From Bilabrum cf. latius (lineage: Eukaryota): 64,000 nt of DNA. Positions within the stretch are counted from its first letter, which is position 1, and the number at the start of each line of letters is the position of its first letter. The stretch spans positions 744,001 to 808,000 of the forward strand of contig OZ237746.1 of assembly GCA_965178125.1 (NCBI GenBank). The letters are read 5' to 3'. A program made the translations under genes and the position numbers. This document shows positions 12,752-26,000 of the stretch, in pieces. Under the pieces are notes generated by a model that had not been told where the DNA came from, did no database searches, and saw only the letters and a list, made by a program, of their open reading frames with translations.

Positions 12752-13851
12752 ATGCTGCCATCACCTGTTCGCCTCGCCCTCCTCTTTGGGGCTCTCTGCT
12801 TCCCGGTAGCGACGATACCTGTCGCTGAGGTGTGCTGTGCCGTGCTGTGCTGCTCGTTTTCTCCATGGGTGACATCGAATTGAGTCGATGGTAGGAGTGG
12901 CACGCGTCTTTGGGGTCTGCTGCGAAGTTGTGTGCTGGTTGCTCGGTGGATGTGGTGATTTTGAGGTCAGGGGAGGCCGGCCCGCTCCTGCCTGACGGGG
13001 ACTGACTGGCGGTCTTTTCGATTGTCTTGTCGGTCTCCTGTCGGCGGCTTGCGGTGGCACTGTCCTGCTTCAAGTTACCGTGTCCTTGCGTTGGCAGCCA
13101 ATAGCAGGCCATGTATCTTGTGTGTTTTTAGTTCGTCAGCATGACAGTGGCTAATCTTGCTTGCAGTACTGGCAGGATTGACTGTGTATCCACCCAAGGA
13201 CTCGCCCGGCTCCAACTTTAGGATCCTCGTGCGGAGGGGTGCACTGCCGACGCCCGAGGTGTATGACTAGATTGTCACCTCCAACGGGTCCTTCATCCCC
13301 TCGCCATCGATGACCCTGGAATCGAGCCCCGCTGACCCCTTGTCCCTCTTTTACATCGGGGTGCAGATGAAGGAGGATGTCTTCACAGACATGCAGGCCG
13401 GCGACTTTGAGATCCGCGCAATCGATCTGTGAGTGGGATCGATCGGTGGATCCAGGATTGGTTCATCGCATGGCCTGTCCTGCTCCGACCTCTGCCAGCC
13501 TCAAAGCCGCTCAGCGGCAGCGACTAGCGGCGCGCAGGTCTGCTCTTGGCGCTTTGGCAGACTGCGGCGAGAATGGTCCAGGTCTTTATTTTGCTACTTG
13601 GAGTGTTTGTATTTGCTGTTTCGTTGATCAGATTCAGGCAACACTCAAGAAATATCGACAGGGATCCATCCTGTGGATCCACTAGGACCACTCCCTGCCT
13701 CACTTCCACAACGTTGGATGCCCAAGCCAAGCCAATCAATCGGATCCAAAGATCCTTCGGAGTAACGCACCCTGTCAACGCAGTCCGTCCTCCCGAAGCT
13801 CATGCAGACGCGACCGCCATTCCAAGCCGTGGCTCGCCTAAGCGAGCATGA
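12752..13851 (+). CDS. Probable small multi-exon secreted or membrane protein with a PPC-like beta domain; exon structure only partly resolved
   Basis: Signal-peptide-like MLPSPVRLALLFGALCFPVATIPVAE at 12752. Internal exon 13167-13428 (TTGCAG acceptor, GTGAGT donor) reads ILVRRGALPTPEVYD(TAG)IV...LFYIGV. The 3' exon is uncertain. Confidence 0.4.
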
Positions 13852-14020
13852 CACGCAGCTGGGAAGGCGAGGCGCGCCGCCCGCTTCGCTCCGGACCCGC
13901 TCCAAAATCACATGATGCGCAACTCACTCACGAAAGGAGCCACTATCTCTCATCGCCATCACCACCATCGATAAACGGCGACGAATGCCCAAAAAGCAAG
14001 CAATCGCTCGCTCCCTCTCT

Positions 14021-16714
14021 TCACGAGGAAGGCGCGAAGGCGGCGCGGTGCTCCTCAGTGATGTCGGGGACGGCCCAGTCACCCTCAGAGGTGATGCCCA
14101 GGTTCATGCTCTCGTCCGTGGAGATGTAGAACCAGCCCTCGGCGCCCCATGCAGTGCCCCACGAGTTGCGGCCGATCAGGTACTGCTCCCCGTCGGTGGT
14201 CTCGCCGAATCCCACCAGCGAGATTTCGTGGTTGATCTCGATGGGACCCGACACCTGCTCCTTGTAGATGCCGCCCGCGTAGTTCTCGAACTTGGCGGTG
14301 ACCATCATGCCGGCTCCGATGGGCCCGCGGGCCACCAGCTCGGCCTTGATCTTATCGACTCCGGATACCTGTCCGAACTCCTTGACCTTCCAGGCGGGGT
14401 ACTGCTTGACCACGGCGCACGACCCGGGAGAGAAGGACGAGTTGGAGGGGGAGCACGTCTCGCAGATCTGGATGGGGTCGCAGGAAGCTCGCTTGGGGTC
14501 CTTGGCGATGTACTGCTGGCAGGTCTGGTCAGGGAGCCCGTTCTTCATCATGTACTGGTACACTCCCTCGGGCTCACCGCCCTCGCAGGACCCGCCCGCC
14601 TGGCAATTGAGGATGGGCTGCACGGCGAGGTTGATCTGCGCGATCTTGGGGGCGTCCAGCGCCATGTTGATCCGATCCGACAGGGCGGAAGTGCTGCCCT
14701 GTGCCCAGCACGACCCGCAGTCTGCGATGCACGGGGACACCGAAGCGATGCATGCAATGCAAATAATTAGTAAAGCGACCGATATGCACGAGCGGGCCCA
14801 CAAGTACAAAGATAGGCGCCAGCAATGCAGTACAATGCACCCTAGCAGCAGCGCGAGAGGTTCTCGTCTCACACTGGGGGATGTGCTGGTTCTTGTTGCG
14901 GGTGGTGTAGTCAATCCCGTTCATGGCGCGGGGGTCGTGCACCTTGGGCAGGTCAGCGGCGGTCATGTACGTGTGGGGCAGGGGAGAGACCACGTGGGAG
15001 GGCTTGGGGCCCTTGGAGGACTTTTTGCAGGGCTCGTTGGCCTTGAGGTACTTGCTCGGGGGCAAGCCGTCCGCCACGTCTGCGTGCAGGCGCATCTCCA
15101 GCGCGGGCTTGGGCTGGGGCTTGCCGGACGGGGGTGGCAGCGGGGGCGTGTGGGGAGCCGTCTTGCCCCACTGGCAGTCGCACTCGATGCACAGCCCGCC
15201 CTTGTTGGTGGGGTTGGAAGGCGTGCTGCGCTGCACCTTGGCGAACCCGCGGTCGAGGCCCCACCCTGCGACGAGCAACACGGAAAACAATGCATAGCAT
15301 GGAAGAAGCAAAAAGCATGGGGAAAATAAGAAAGTAAGAAAGAATGGTGGAGATGCGGTCGAGGATAAATCCGATGCTTTGCGAGCTGGCGCAGCTTGCC
15401 TTCGAAGCATTTGTGAGGGATGCGCATCGCATGTGCACGTGCATTGCATTGCAGTGCTCACATGTGCCCCACGAGTTCCGCATGACCCAGTAGGGAGTGG
15501 TGGTCCCGTCCTCGTTGGCGTCCTCCCCCCAGCCCACCACGGAGATGGAGTGCTCGATGCACGCGGGGTCGTTGCCCTTGCAAGCATCCGTCTCGTCGAC
15601 GAAGACCCCCGGGCCTCTGTAGTTCTCGAAAGCCTCGGTCACGGCCACCCCGCAGGCGATGGGCCCGTTCTGGTAGATCTCGGCCATCATGGCGTGGGAG
15701 CCGTTGACCTCTCCGTATTCCTCAACGTGGTACGCCTGGTACGTGTCCACGGGCCCGCACCCGGCACCCGGGCTGCAGGTGAAGGCGTACGATTCGGCAG
15801 TGCACTGGCGGCCGGTCTTGTACCATCCCTGTGCCCTGTAGATGGCGCCGGTCTCGGAGGTGATGTTGTTCTCGTGGATGTACTGCAGTGCGGTGATCGG
15901 GTCGCCGCCGTAGCACCCGTTGTCGCCCAGGTGGCTGTCGCAGTCCAGGATGGACTGGGGGCCCAGGGTGATCTGGGGCCACGTGCCGTTTTGCTGCAGC
16001 CTCAGGCGGTCCGACAGCATGGAGGCAGCTGCGAGACGGCACAAGTGGTAACATGAGCTGCATCGAATCGAGGCTCGTCAGATCCAATCGAGTCTTCGGG
16101 GCGCGGAGCGGATTGTTTCCCGTTCAGATTAGAATCGGCAGATAAGACGTCCGGCTCGAGGTTGCAAGCCTCATGATGAAAGAAATCAGACGAATAGTAT
16201 AAATATACGCACTCACTCGCGAAAGACCAGCAGGATCCGCAGTCTGCGAGCGAAGGAGACAGGGCACGATTCGAAGAGATTAGTCGGCAAGATGCGTCGC
16301 CTTCATTTCCCTCGGAGCAACATAAAGGCCAGCATGGTGAGCAAGCAATGTTCCAGTTAGATTCGTACTATACAAAAGTTCAAAGAAACACATTTTTCAT
16401 GGCTGTTCGTCTCACAATGCCTGCGAAAGAGTGGGGGGGGTCTCAAAAGGGCCGTGCTGTAATTGTCGGTTCTAGAAGGCTGCATGGGCAGTCATGTGAT
16501 ACACTTACGGGATGTGCTGGTTGCGAGCGGTGGAGATCTGCGCTCCCATCGATTTCAGGGTATCGCGGACATCGTACGTCTTGGGCAGGTCTTCGGGTGC
16601 ATACAGCTTGTGCGGGGGCGTGCTCTTCACCACCGACGTGCGGTGCTTTGAACGAACGAATCCTTGGGCATTTGCTGCCACAGCTAGTGCTAGGATGGCT
16701 GCAATGGTCTTCAT
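14021..16714 (-). CDS. Secreted papain-family (C1A) protease with two tandem cathepsin Z/X-like domains; exons 16714-16509, 16420-16416, 16243-16217, 16028-15462, 15265-14873, 14721-14021
   Basis: Signal peptide MKTIAAILALAVAANA. Two NQHIPxYCGSCW active-site motifs, two catalytic His motifs (EHSISVVGWG, NHEISLVGFG) and two RNSWG motifs. All introns are GT-AG and preserve phase; stop is TGA. Confidence 0.92.
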
Positions 16715-16807
16715 GGTCAGAAGAAGGAAAATGGTTGCTGGTTTGGCGCTGATCTGATTTATTATGTATATAACGAGTACCTTACTGGCATGAAAACACT
16801 CAAAGTA

Positions 16808-17524
16808 TCAAGCTTCAATATCTGCTCGTGCTCTGCGCAGCAGGTCTGCACATTCGCTGTGATCGCCAATACGAGCTGCTTCTAGAGGTACCACGTGCCG
16901 TATTGGTGTTTCTAGCCCTGAGCTGATCGTGGATGCAAGCTCCCCACGTCTGTCAAGCCCACCAGCCAGCTTACCCAATCTAAGCCGCCTTGCAAGCTCC
17001 ATTGGACGCCCCTCTGCTGCTGCTCGAAATATAAGGCGTGCATCTTGTTGCGCTTCAATGGTTCGCCTCCACAGAAGCAAGCTCTTCTGTTTTCTGGGAA
17101 CGAAGTCGCGTATTTCGGTTGCCAGGGCTTGAAATCCATTCTTTGCAGCCACTTCCGATGGTAATTCGCCGCTTACATTCCTAATCCTCCGATCCGCTCT
17201 CGCTTCCAGAAGGACCCGAGCGCAAGAAGACTGTCCACGTTTCGCTGCAACGTGCAGCGGCGTGTCTGTACCCGTCGGGGTTTCTCCGGTGGCGCGAAGA
17301 ATATCATATCTGGATAGCATGCATGCGTGCATGTCTGCTCCGGCCCCTATAAGTTCGCGCACAAGCTCGCTATGCCCGTGAACGCAGGCGATGTGCAGTG
17401 GCGAGCTGCCTAGGCCGTCGTTGAAGACAGTGTTCGGATCCGCCTTGGAAGCAATACATGATCGTAAATTTTCCAGGTTGCCAGAACATATCGCGTGCCA
17501 AAGCTCCAGCTCAATCCCTTCCAT
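16808..17524 (-). CDS. Ankyrin-repeat protein (238 aa) with the shared C-terminal module
   Basis: Ankyrin motifs SPLHIACVHGHSELVRELIGAGAD and TPLHVAAKRGQ; C-terminal WRRTIEAQQDARLIFRAAAEGRPMELARRLRLG. Confidence 0.9.
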   Translation of the reverse strand: MEGIELELWHAICSGNLENLRSCIASKADPNTVFNDGLGSSPLHIACVHGHSELVRELIGAGADMHACMLSRYDILRATGETPTGTDTPLHVAAKRGQSSCARVLLEARADRRIRNVSGELPSEVAAKNGFQALATEIRDFVPRKQKSLLLWRRTIEAQQDARLIFRAAAEGRPMELARRLRLGKLAGGLDRRGELASTISSGLETPIRHVVPLEAARIGDHSECADLLRRARADIEA

Positions 17525-17640
17525 CGTTCGCTGTCAAAATGTCCTGCGTGCGACCAATTGCGATGTCGCTCCGAGTAGGACCTAGCCGTTCGCTGTATTA
17601 TCACGAACAACGGTTCACCTTCATTACAGCTCTGGGGGGT

Positions 17641-20600
17641 ATGGCGACTCCTGAAATTCGAGCTTTATCACTGCAGCGCGCGAAGGTCAGGGCAAGGAGG
17701 GGCTAGCAGCGAGCAACGGAGCTGATCAGGCAGCGCCTTGCGGAGCTGCCGTCAGAGCCATCCGTGGACCATTCATGGTTCCCAGGATCTCGAACCGCTG
17801 CTCGAGCTGAATTTCTGCTTCGTGATTCTAGACCAGTGCTCGCGCCACACACAAGAGATGCGATGCCGAGCGGCAACGACAGCACTTTATCCTCTCAGGC
17901 GGCATCGTCTCATCATCGGTACGGTGGGAGCAGCCGCTCCAAGTCGCGTGAAGCTACCTAGGAAAGGCAATCGAGGCATCGCGTTGAATTACGTGGCACG
18001 GGCAAACCGCTCGCAAACTCCGCTGCCAGAACGCACTAGCTGCATGCAGCTGCAAAAGAGGGGCATGCAACCGTTCGCAGAGCAGCGAGCTCGCACGGGC
18101 GACAACCGGCGGGAGGTCGAAATCAACGAGGATACCACGGGGTATCGAAATAGCAGAACATCAATGCGTTCACGCTGCAAGACCACACGACCCGCACGGC
18201 CGCGAGGCGAGCGCGAACGAGAGGCGGAAAGAAGCTCTGGCAGTTCGAGACGAAGAAGCAAGTGCTCGGTGCTCGCACTCCTAGTAGAAGCTCCCATGGG
18301 AGGGCCCGTCCCATGACTGCCAGCACCACTAGAAGAAGCAATACACTGCGTATGAATCTCAACGATGCCTGCCAGCACAACTCCTAGAGCTCGGCACAGC
18401 TGCCGACGCTGCCAGGAGGATCTGGCCCATCCAGCCCGGTGCGCGCCTCCGATGGCGGTGGGAAGGAAGATGAAGATCAAGTCGGGCGCGACTCGAAGGT
18501 CGAAGAGCCTATGGATGCACCGCTGCGGCAGGCATCAGCATCAGTATCAGCAGGAGCAGGAGCAGTGGTGGGGTCGGGGCTACCGGAGAGCTCCGCGGGA
18601 GGACTTGGAGCCCAGAGGCTGCCGCCATCCTCGTCCTCATCTTCATCTTCACTGGCCGGCGACCCGACCGGCACGCGGGGCGGGAGTGGCCATCCAATCG
18701 GAGGCGGTTCGGCTCGCGCGAGGCAGCGGCCGTCCACCGCGCTGCCTGCGAGACGCACTCGTCACACCGCTGGCCGCTCCACGCGGTCGCTGCTGCGGCG
18801 CGGCACGGCCAGCACCAGCCAGCTCAGGGGAAGTGTGACGAGTGCGCTGGGTCCGCAGGCGTCCGCGGGTTCCGGTTACGCCGAGCAGTTTGTGCGTGCG
18901 ACGGAACGGGCAGCCATGTTCTCTGGCGAGCCGGTTGTAACCTTAGAACCGAGGGCGCACCCGGCCGTGGCCCGGCCAACACCCGAGGAGGCAGCGCGCC
19001 GGAGAGCTTGCGGTGTGACGAGTGGAGGAACCGGTGCCGGGGTGCCCGCCGCGATGGACGCCGGGCTTTTGGCACTGCAGCGATCCAAGGGTGTGACGAG
19101 TGTTGTGGAGCTTCCGTCCATGGGGCTCGCACAGATGAGCAGCGTGCTGGATCTAGAGGAGGAGGATCCGCACGAGGGTGACGGAGGTGAGGGTGGTCAA
19201 ACTGGAGGAAGCAGTGGTCAAACCGGCGTGGCCAGGACGACCACTCGGCGCCCGACCACCGCCCCTGCGAACGCCCCTTTAGCCCCCCACCAGCACCACC
19301 AGCACCACCAACCATCCCACCGGACAGCACGCCTGCCGAAACCGCGCCGGATCGGCATGCGCCCGGGGTCTCGCGCCTCCCAGGCCGGTGCGTACCACGG
19401 AGTCATCGCGGGTGACGAGCGAGCCTTCGGGGTAGACGCTGCGGAGGACTCCGCTGACGTCACAGGAGGTGACTCATCGCCCGCGTTTCCGCACCTCGAG
19501 TCGCGGGCCAGCGTCACACTCGCCGACGAAGGTTCGATCGAGACCGTGGAGGAACAGTTCGCCAGGATGCTTCGGGCGTCCGCTGGCAGGGCGCGGGCAG
19601 GGACGGGGCCCCTGGCCCAGGGCACTCGTCACACCGCTGATGGCGACGAGGACGGGGACCAGGACCCGGCAGGCGATCAAGCGGGCCATCGTCAGCACTC
19701 GTCACACCGTTACGCCACGTCAGGCGGCGTGTCACCATCCTCCCTGCAGAGGTCCCTTGCGCTGCAGGACGCCTCCAAGGAATGGAGGGAGCAGGAGCAG
19801 GAGCTGGACGATGACGAGGACCAGGACGAGGGGGGAGTGGAGCCGTCCCGGGGTGAGCACTCGTCACACCGGCTCGCCCCACGTCTCCACAGCATCTCCC
19901 TCCGGAGTGGGGGGGAGGCAGACAGCCTGAGATAGGCGCAGCCCAGAACCAGCCCACTGAGGTCCACGGGGGGCATCGCCGGGGGCGGGAATCGATCCCG
20001 GGACCAAGGGGTCGGATCTCGGGCGACATCATCCACTCGTCGACAGCGCCCACACTCGTCACACGCAGTACGCGGGCAGCTGTCCGTGCGGCTTGCCCGC
20101 GGGATGGCCAGCACCGCAGGGGCCATGGCTCTGGACGCGGCCGAGGCCTCCCGCAGGCGGACGGGCCGGGGCCAGCCGGCGACGCACCTGCGCGCCGCTT
20201 TGGACACCATGGCCAGGCGGAGGGGCGCCGTGGGCACCTTACTGCAGTGCACTTGCGAGGTGGACGCGGCAACCTACAGGGACGCGTGGAAACGGACGGA
20301 GCTGCGGCATGGGGTGCAGCGCACGAAGGTGCGGGCCAGGGAGTCGGCGGCGCGAGGCGGTTCCTCTGGGGAGGACGACTGGAGACAGGAGGGTCCTCTT
20401 CGCAGGGTGTTCTCGTTCTACGCGTCTCTGTTCGAGCCTGCGCAGCAGCTGGTGGGCGGCTCGGGCGGCAAGGGCGGGGCCACGAGGGGCAGCATGTCGG
20501 GAAGCAAATACGCCAACGAAACCGTCTCTTTCGGGGAGGCTCTTTTTTAGTGCCGGGACCTGGGTATCGTACCCGCGCTCCTCAGCCGCAAGGAGCTGGA

Positions 20601-22866
20601 GTTCTGCTTCGCCCACAGGTTGAGACCCACCAGCGCCATGGCCTCGGTGACGGAGCCAAGGCGTGAGGAGATGCTGGAGAAGTTGCGGGACCAGGACCTT
20701 GACTACACTGCCTGGCTGTGCTTCATGGCCACAGTGGCAGTGTTCGCATTCTCCAAGCCGCAGGTCGCTATTTCCGGTCTGGGGCTGCCCGAGCCGGCGG
20801 CTGCTCCTTTGGCGGCAGAAGCGGCTGCTGATGGGACCGCCGGGGAAGATGCATCGCACGGTGGTGCACAACCGCACCTGTCTGTTCCCTCGGTGTTCCG
20901 CACCGCCGGCAAGGACCTGCAGCTGATGAGCCCGTCCCTGGAGCGGGCCGTGGCTCTCGAGATAGCGGCTGGGGAACACAAGGGGGTGGGGGCGGCTGGG
21001 GAACACAAGGGGGTGGGGGCGGCTGGGGAACAAGGAACGGCGGGTGGCGACCGCAGCGGGCTGGGCCTCAGCACAGACGACTGGCGATGCAACCCGCAGC
21101 TGGTGCGCGCGCGGCTGGGGCAGAGCGACGCGCAGAAGATCGCGCGGTTTATGCGGCACACTGCACTGCACGATCGTGCCCACGTGGACAAAGTCCTCCA
21201 GTCGGTGGGCAAAGAGACCTCCCTTCTGGTCAGCTCGGGTGGGGACAGAACCTCATACCTGAAGCAGAACACCTCCATCGTGCAGAATCAGAAGAGGGTC
21301 GCCGCTCTGCTGCACACGCTCCACTCGAGACACTCCGCCGCCAGGGGGCTGGTGCTCACCGATGGGTCGGGTGCCCGGCTGCAGACGTCATGCAGGAGGT
21401 CGCTACCGAGCTGGGCCACGAACGGTGTGGTGCTGGCAACAAGCGGACTAGGCAAGCTGGGGGGTAAGGTGGTCAAAGAGGAGAATGCCACTGGAGCTGC
21501 TGCATCCGACCGTACACCCATTGGAATGGCCGGAGGCAGGGGAGGCCGGCGTGCCTCCGTCGCCCAGATGACCCTGGTGAACCCCATCGAGCGGGGGATC
21601 GCGAGGTCCTTTGCCGCTAACCAGGGCTATCTGCACGGAGACAAGAGCAAATCCAAGGGCAAGTCCGAGGGCAAGTCCGAGGGCAAGTCCGAGGGCAAGG
21701 GGTAGGGGGAGTCGGGTGAGGGCCAGTCCGCCGAGGGGGGCAAGAACAGGGCTGGCAGTGGCAGTGTGACGAGTGCCAGCCGCGGGCCCGTGGCCGACAA
21801 GCAAGACACACGTCAAAAAAGCAATGCAGCCGACGGGAGGAGTAGTACCGGGGGAATGGGCCAGGGCCAGGGCAGAGGCAGAGGCAAGAGTCGGGGGGGG
21901 AGCAAGGGGGCCAGCAAGCCGGGGGCTGGGCTGCCCGTGTCGAGCCTCATGATGACGATTGCGGATGCCGCTGTGAGAGACAGGGGGGTGGGCAAAGCGG
22001 GGACCGAGAAGGGTTGGAGCTACGACGATAGCGTGCTGGCGATGTCCGGGCGGGTGCGCAGGGCTCCCGGGATCGATCCCGGGAGCAGGAGCGGGGTGCT
22101 GCAGCGCGGTCCCGGGGAGGCCTTCGAAGGCACCTTGCAGTCTCTCGCCAGGCACGACAACTTGAGCTCGCTGAAGGGATTGCCGCGGCTGCAGGCGCAA
22201 GTCGCGAGCGTGATGCAGGCGGGTGCATCGCATGGCGGTGCAGGGGGTGACAGTCGGGTGCTGGACGAGGACGAGGCGCTGGCTTTGGCCACCTCTTCCG
22301 GTGCGGGGTCAGTTGTGTTCCCTCACGAGGCCATCAAGGCGGCCAAACGCACCATGGGCCGCCTCTTTGACCAGCTGGATGGATTCAGCCTCGCCCCACG
22401 GAGACACGTGTGGAAGCGTGTGACGGCCCCTGGCGCGCCACCCTGCGTGCACACGGGGGTGATGGCCGTCGGTCGGGAGTACGCGTTCCGGATCAGGTGC
22501 AAGAACGCGAGCCTGGACGTGGTGCGGGTGGGCGTGCAGTGTGACGAGCGCGCCTTGCGTGCGACGGGTGCGACGGTACGTCAGACGGTGAACGTTCTAC
22601 CCACTGGCATGGAGGCTGTCGTGAGGCTCGTGATCAGGCCCCCCACCCCCGTGTGCAGGGTACTGCAGCTCAAGGTGGTTGCAACCAGCGCGGCGGGCAC
22701 GGTAGAGAAGTGGGTTGTTCCGGTGCTGGTGGAAAGTTCCGTTGAGATCGAAGCTGCACCTCCGCTGGTGCACGTGGTGCAGCCGGGGATGGGGGGTGTT
22801 ACGGGGCAGCAGCTGGCAAGGGGAGCCGGTGAGGTGCGGGGCACTGTGGTGCCGCCTTGGGGTTGA
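17641..22866 (+). CDS. Large hypothetical protein (~1741 aa), mostly low complexity, with an EF-hand-like helical segment and a C-terminal Ig-like (ASH/PapD-like) domain
   Basis: Single frame from ATG 17641 to TGA 22866 with 8 in-frame TAG (17704, 17959, 18037, 18151, 18385, 19933, 20548, 21703). Domain calls are pattern-based (LRRVFSFYA...CRDLGIVPALLS; YAFRIRCKN...LPTGMEAVVRLVI). Confidence 0.7.
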
Positions 22867-23017
22867 TTTCTTTTGGTAGCAACTATTTTTTCCAAACATG
22901 TCGTTCTGCAATGCATGCTTTTGCTTTCTTCCAGCTCCGAATTTTGATGCACGATGCCATCGAACCGCCGGCAAGAGATCCCAAAACACGCGCAACCGGA
23001 TCATCCCGTTCTTCGCA

Positions 23018-26000
23018 TCACAGCTTCGCCCTGCCCCGCCCCCTACCCCCATGCCTCTTGTTCCCCAGCCTACTGTTCCCCAGCCTCTTCTTCAACGCCC
23101 TGCGCCCCTCCGCCAGCACCCTAGCCACCTGCCCCCGCACCGCATTTAGGCCCACCCCCCTGTTCAGCGGCGCCAGGCTGGCCCACCTGAGCATGGCCCC
23201 GTACCCGGGAGAGCGCCCGTACAGCGGGGTGCCTGCCGTGTGGGAACTGACCCCCATTCCGGTGTCAAAGTGACTCCAAGCGGTTGCTCCGGCCGAGCAC
23301 AAGGTAGTGAGAGACCTGTCCAAGCACTCCTAGATATCTACCGTTGGACCGCTCCGACCACCGCGTGATTCATTAAAATCCGCACGACTCCCCGAAAGAG
23401 CCAGCCGAGCCGTGCCCGATCCGATCATCGCACTGCAGTGCTCCAACACAAGTGCAAGAGCCCGGCCAAGCGCGGCGAGCTGCAGCAGGTGCAGCGCACT
23501 GCCGCTTAGTCCCCAGCCAGGCCTCACGTCGAGAGGAGAAGAAGACGACGACGACGACTCGCCGTCCGGGCGGTGTAACGAGTGCGTTGTGTCGGCCACC
23601 TTGCTCCCCTACGCGTTGTTCTACCTGCTGCTGGTGCTGGTGGTGCTGCTTCTGGTGCTGCTGGTGCTGCTGCTGTCTGTGATGTCCCTGGTCGCCCGGC
23701 CCAGGCACTGCACCAGGGCCGCCACCTCGACCACCGCTCCATGGGCCATGACGGCTGGCATCATGCCGGGCTGCTGAGACACGAATGCCCGATGCTGGGA
23801 CTTGCCCTCGGTCATCATCCTTCGCATGACGGCTTTGGCCACCCTGCGGGTCCTGCACCGGCTCTCTGCGGCCAGCCACGTCAGCATTGTCAGCATCGCT
23901 TCTTGCACCACCCCACCGAGCTCGCCACCGTGCGATGCACCTTTCACCCGCCCCAGTGCCAGGTCCCGGACTCTCCTGCCGACCGCACCGCACGCAGCCT
24001 GCACCCGCTGTACACCCGCTGGGTGCATGTGCGAGGGCGCGAGAGGGACTGCCCGCTCCAGTTCCGATTCCGTGTCTTCCTCAGCGGCCAGTCCGCGAAG
24101 ATAGGCCAGGTGGGACGAGAGGAACCCGCTCGTGCTTGTTCCCTGGGTGCTTGTTCCCTGGGGCATCGCACTGGAAGCAATGAATGCGCCGCTGTCGCCA
24201 CCAATGCCCTCTAGCGCAAATCGATGCAGCGACTGCATCCACTGGGGACGCGTTGCATCAGCTGCCCCCTCGGCTGCTGCACCGGCTGAATCCACCGCTG
24301 GACCGATGCGATCCGACTGCGCCGCCGCCAGCATGCCACGCATGGCTTGCTGCGCCAGCACGTAGTTGTCGCCCTCCGCCGTAGTAACGTGCACATAGGT
24401 CGCCCAGAGCCCCGCGATCCCACCCATGCTGGAGTACCCGTGTCCGCCGCAGCACCTGCGGCACGTCTCGATCAAAGACGAGACCGCCTCGGTGGTGTAC
24501 GGCTTGAGCACGGACAGCAGCGAGTGAACGTTCCTGAGGTTCGCCGAGGGGCTGCTCCCCACGGCCCTCACGCGATCGGCCACGGCGGGGCACAACGTGC
24601 GCATGCTGACGGCAGCAAACACTGCGCCCATCACCCTACGGTGCTGGGACGGATACCGCAGGACGGCCCACTCCATCGGTGGATCAGGATCGGAGTCCGA
24701 GCCGACTCCCGTGCCAGCGGACCCCTAGGACCCCGGGGGTCCGAATTGTTCCCTGTGCGCAGAGTACCGGAGAGCCACGGCGGCCGCGACGGACAGTGCC
24801 GGTGCAGACCGCGCGATGATCTGTGACCTGGCAGCGAGCATCCCCGCGAATGCCCGCCTCCTCTGCCGGGGGGGGGTGTACCCCCCCTTGGGGTCAACGG
24901 CCCCCGCACCCCCCAAGAGAGCGTCCCTGGTTGCAACCGCCCCCTGCAGCGCCATGTATCCGTTGTCCACGGCCTCCATGCCCAGCTTGGGGCCGATGTC
25001 CCCGGCGACGATCCCAGGGAACAACTGGAGGGAGCGCGTGCACCGGATCTGCAGCAGGAACGGGTGGGGACCTAGGTCGATCCAACCGGTGTGACGAGTG
25101 CCATCGGTGTGACGAGTGCGGGCGCCACCTCGGGGAAGCTCCGCGAGGAGAGCCGCCCTCACGGCGGGGTGCACCGGGAGGGGCCCGTCCCCGCCAGTGG
25201 GTCCCGGGTGCGTTTCGACTCCGGATGCATGCCGCCTGGGGATCGTGGGAATCGGATCCACGGCATCGCTGCTGCTCGGTTTCCGTCCATGTGTGCCTGC
25301 GCTTGGTGACGATGCTGCATGCGCCTGGTGCTCTCTAACCTCTCGGCCATGCCGTTGGTCCGTGTCGTGCAGGAGCTCGCTTGTCAGGCTGTGGGGTGTG
25401 ACGAGTGGTAATTGTTGCTCCGGATTCACGTCCAGGACCGGCCCAGACAGGACGGGGGCGAGCACCGGGTCCTGAGGCGATGCGAGGCGCCGCGCTCCCC
25501 TCGGCAGCTTACCCCCGCTGGCATCGGCTTGTGACCTCGCTGGGACGATCAACCGGGCCCAGACGATAGCGTGCGTGGCACAGCAGCCAAGCGCGCCCAC
25601 CCACCATTTCACCGCGGAAACGACGGGCGTGTGCAGGCGGAACCTGTCCGCCTTCGCGTCGTATATGGCGAGCGTCTGGAGGCCGCCCACGTTGCTACCG
25701 TGCGCCAGCTCTGTTTGCGCGTAGCACCCGAACACCGCGTATTCCTCTGCCATCGGAATCCATCGCTTGGCTTGCGACTCGCTGCAAAGGTACCGCAGGG
25801 CGGGAAGAAATACCGTGTCGTGGATCTGAGCAGGCCCCACTTCACCCTGCAGGTCGGACAGGATCTCCCAGTCGCGGCTCTCTGCGCCAAGGCCTCGATT
25901 GCGTCTCTCTTCTAGCAGCTTTGACTAGACAGCAATCGCTCTTGCGACAAGCTGCGGCCTCGAGAGGAACAGCCTACCCGCCTTTGAGAGAGCTGCTTCC

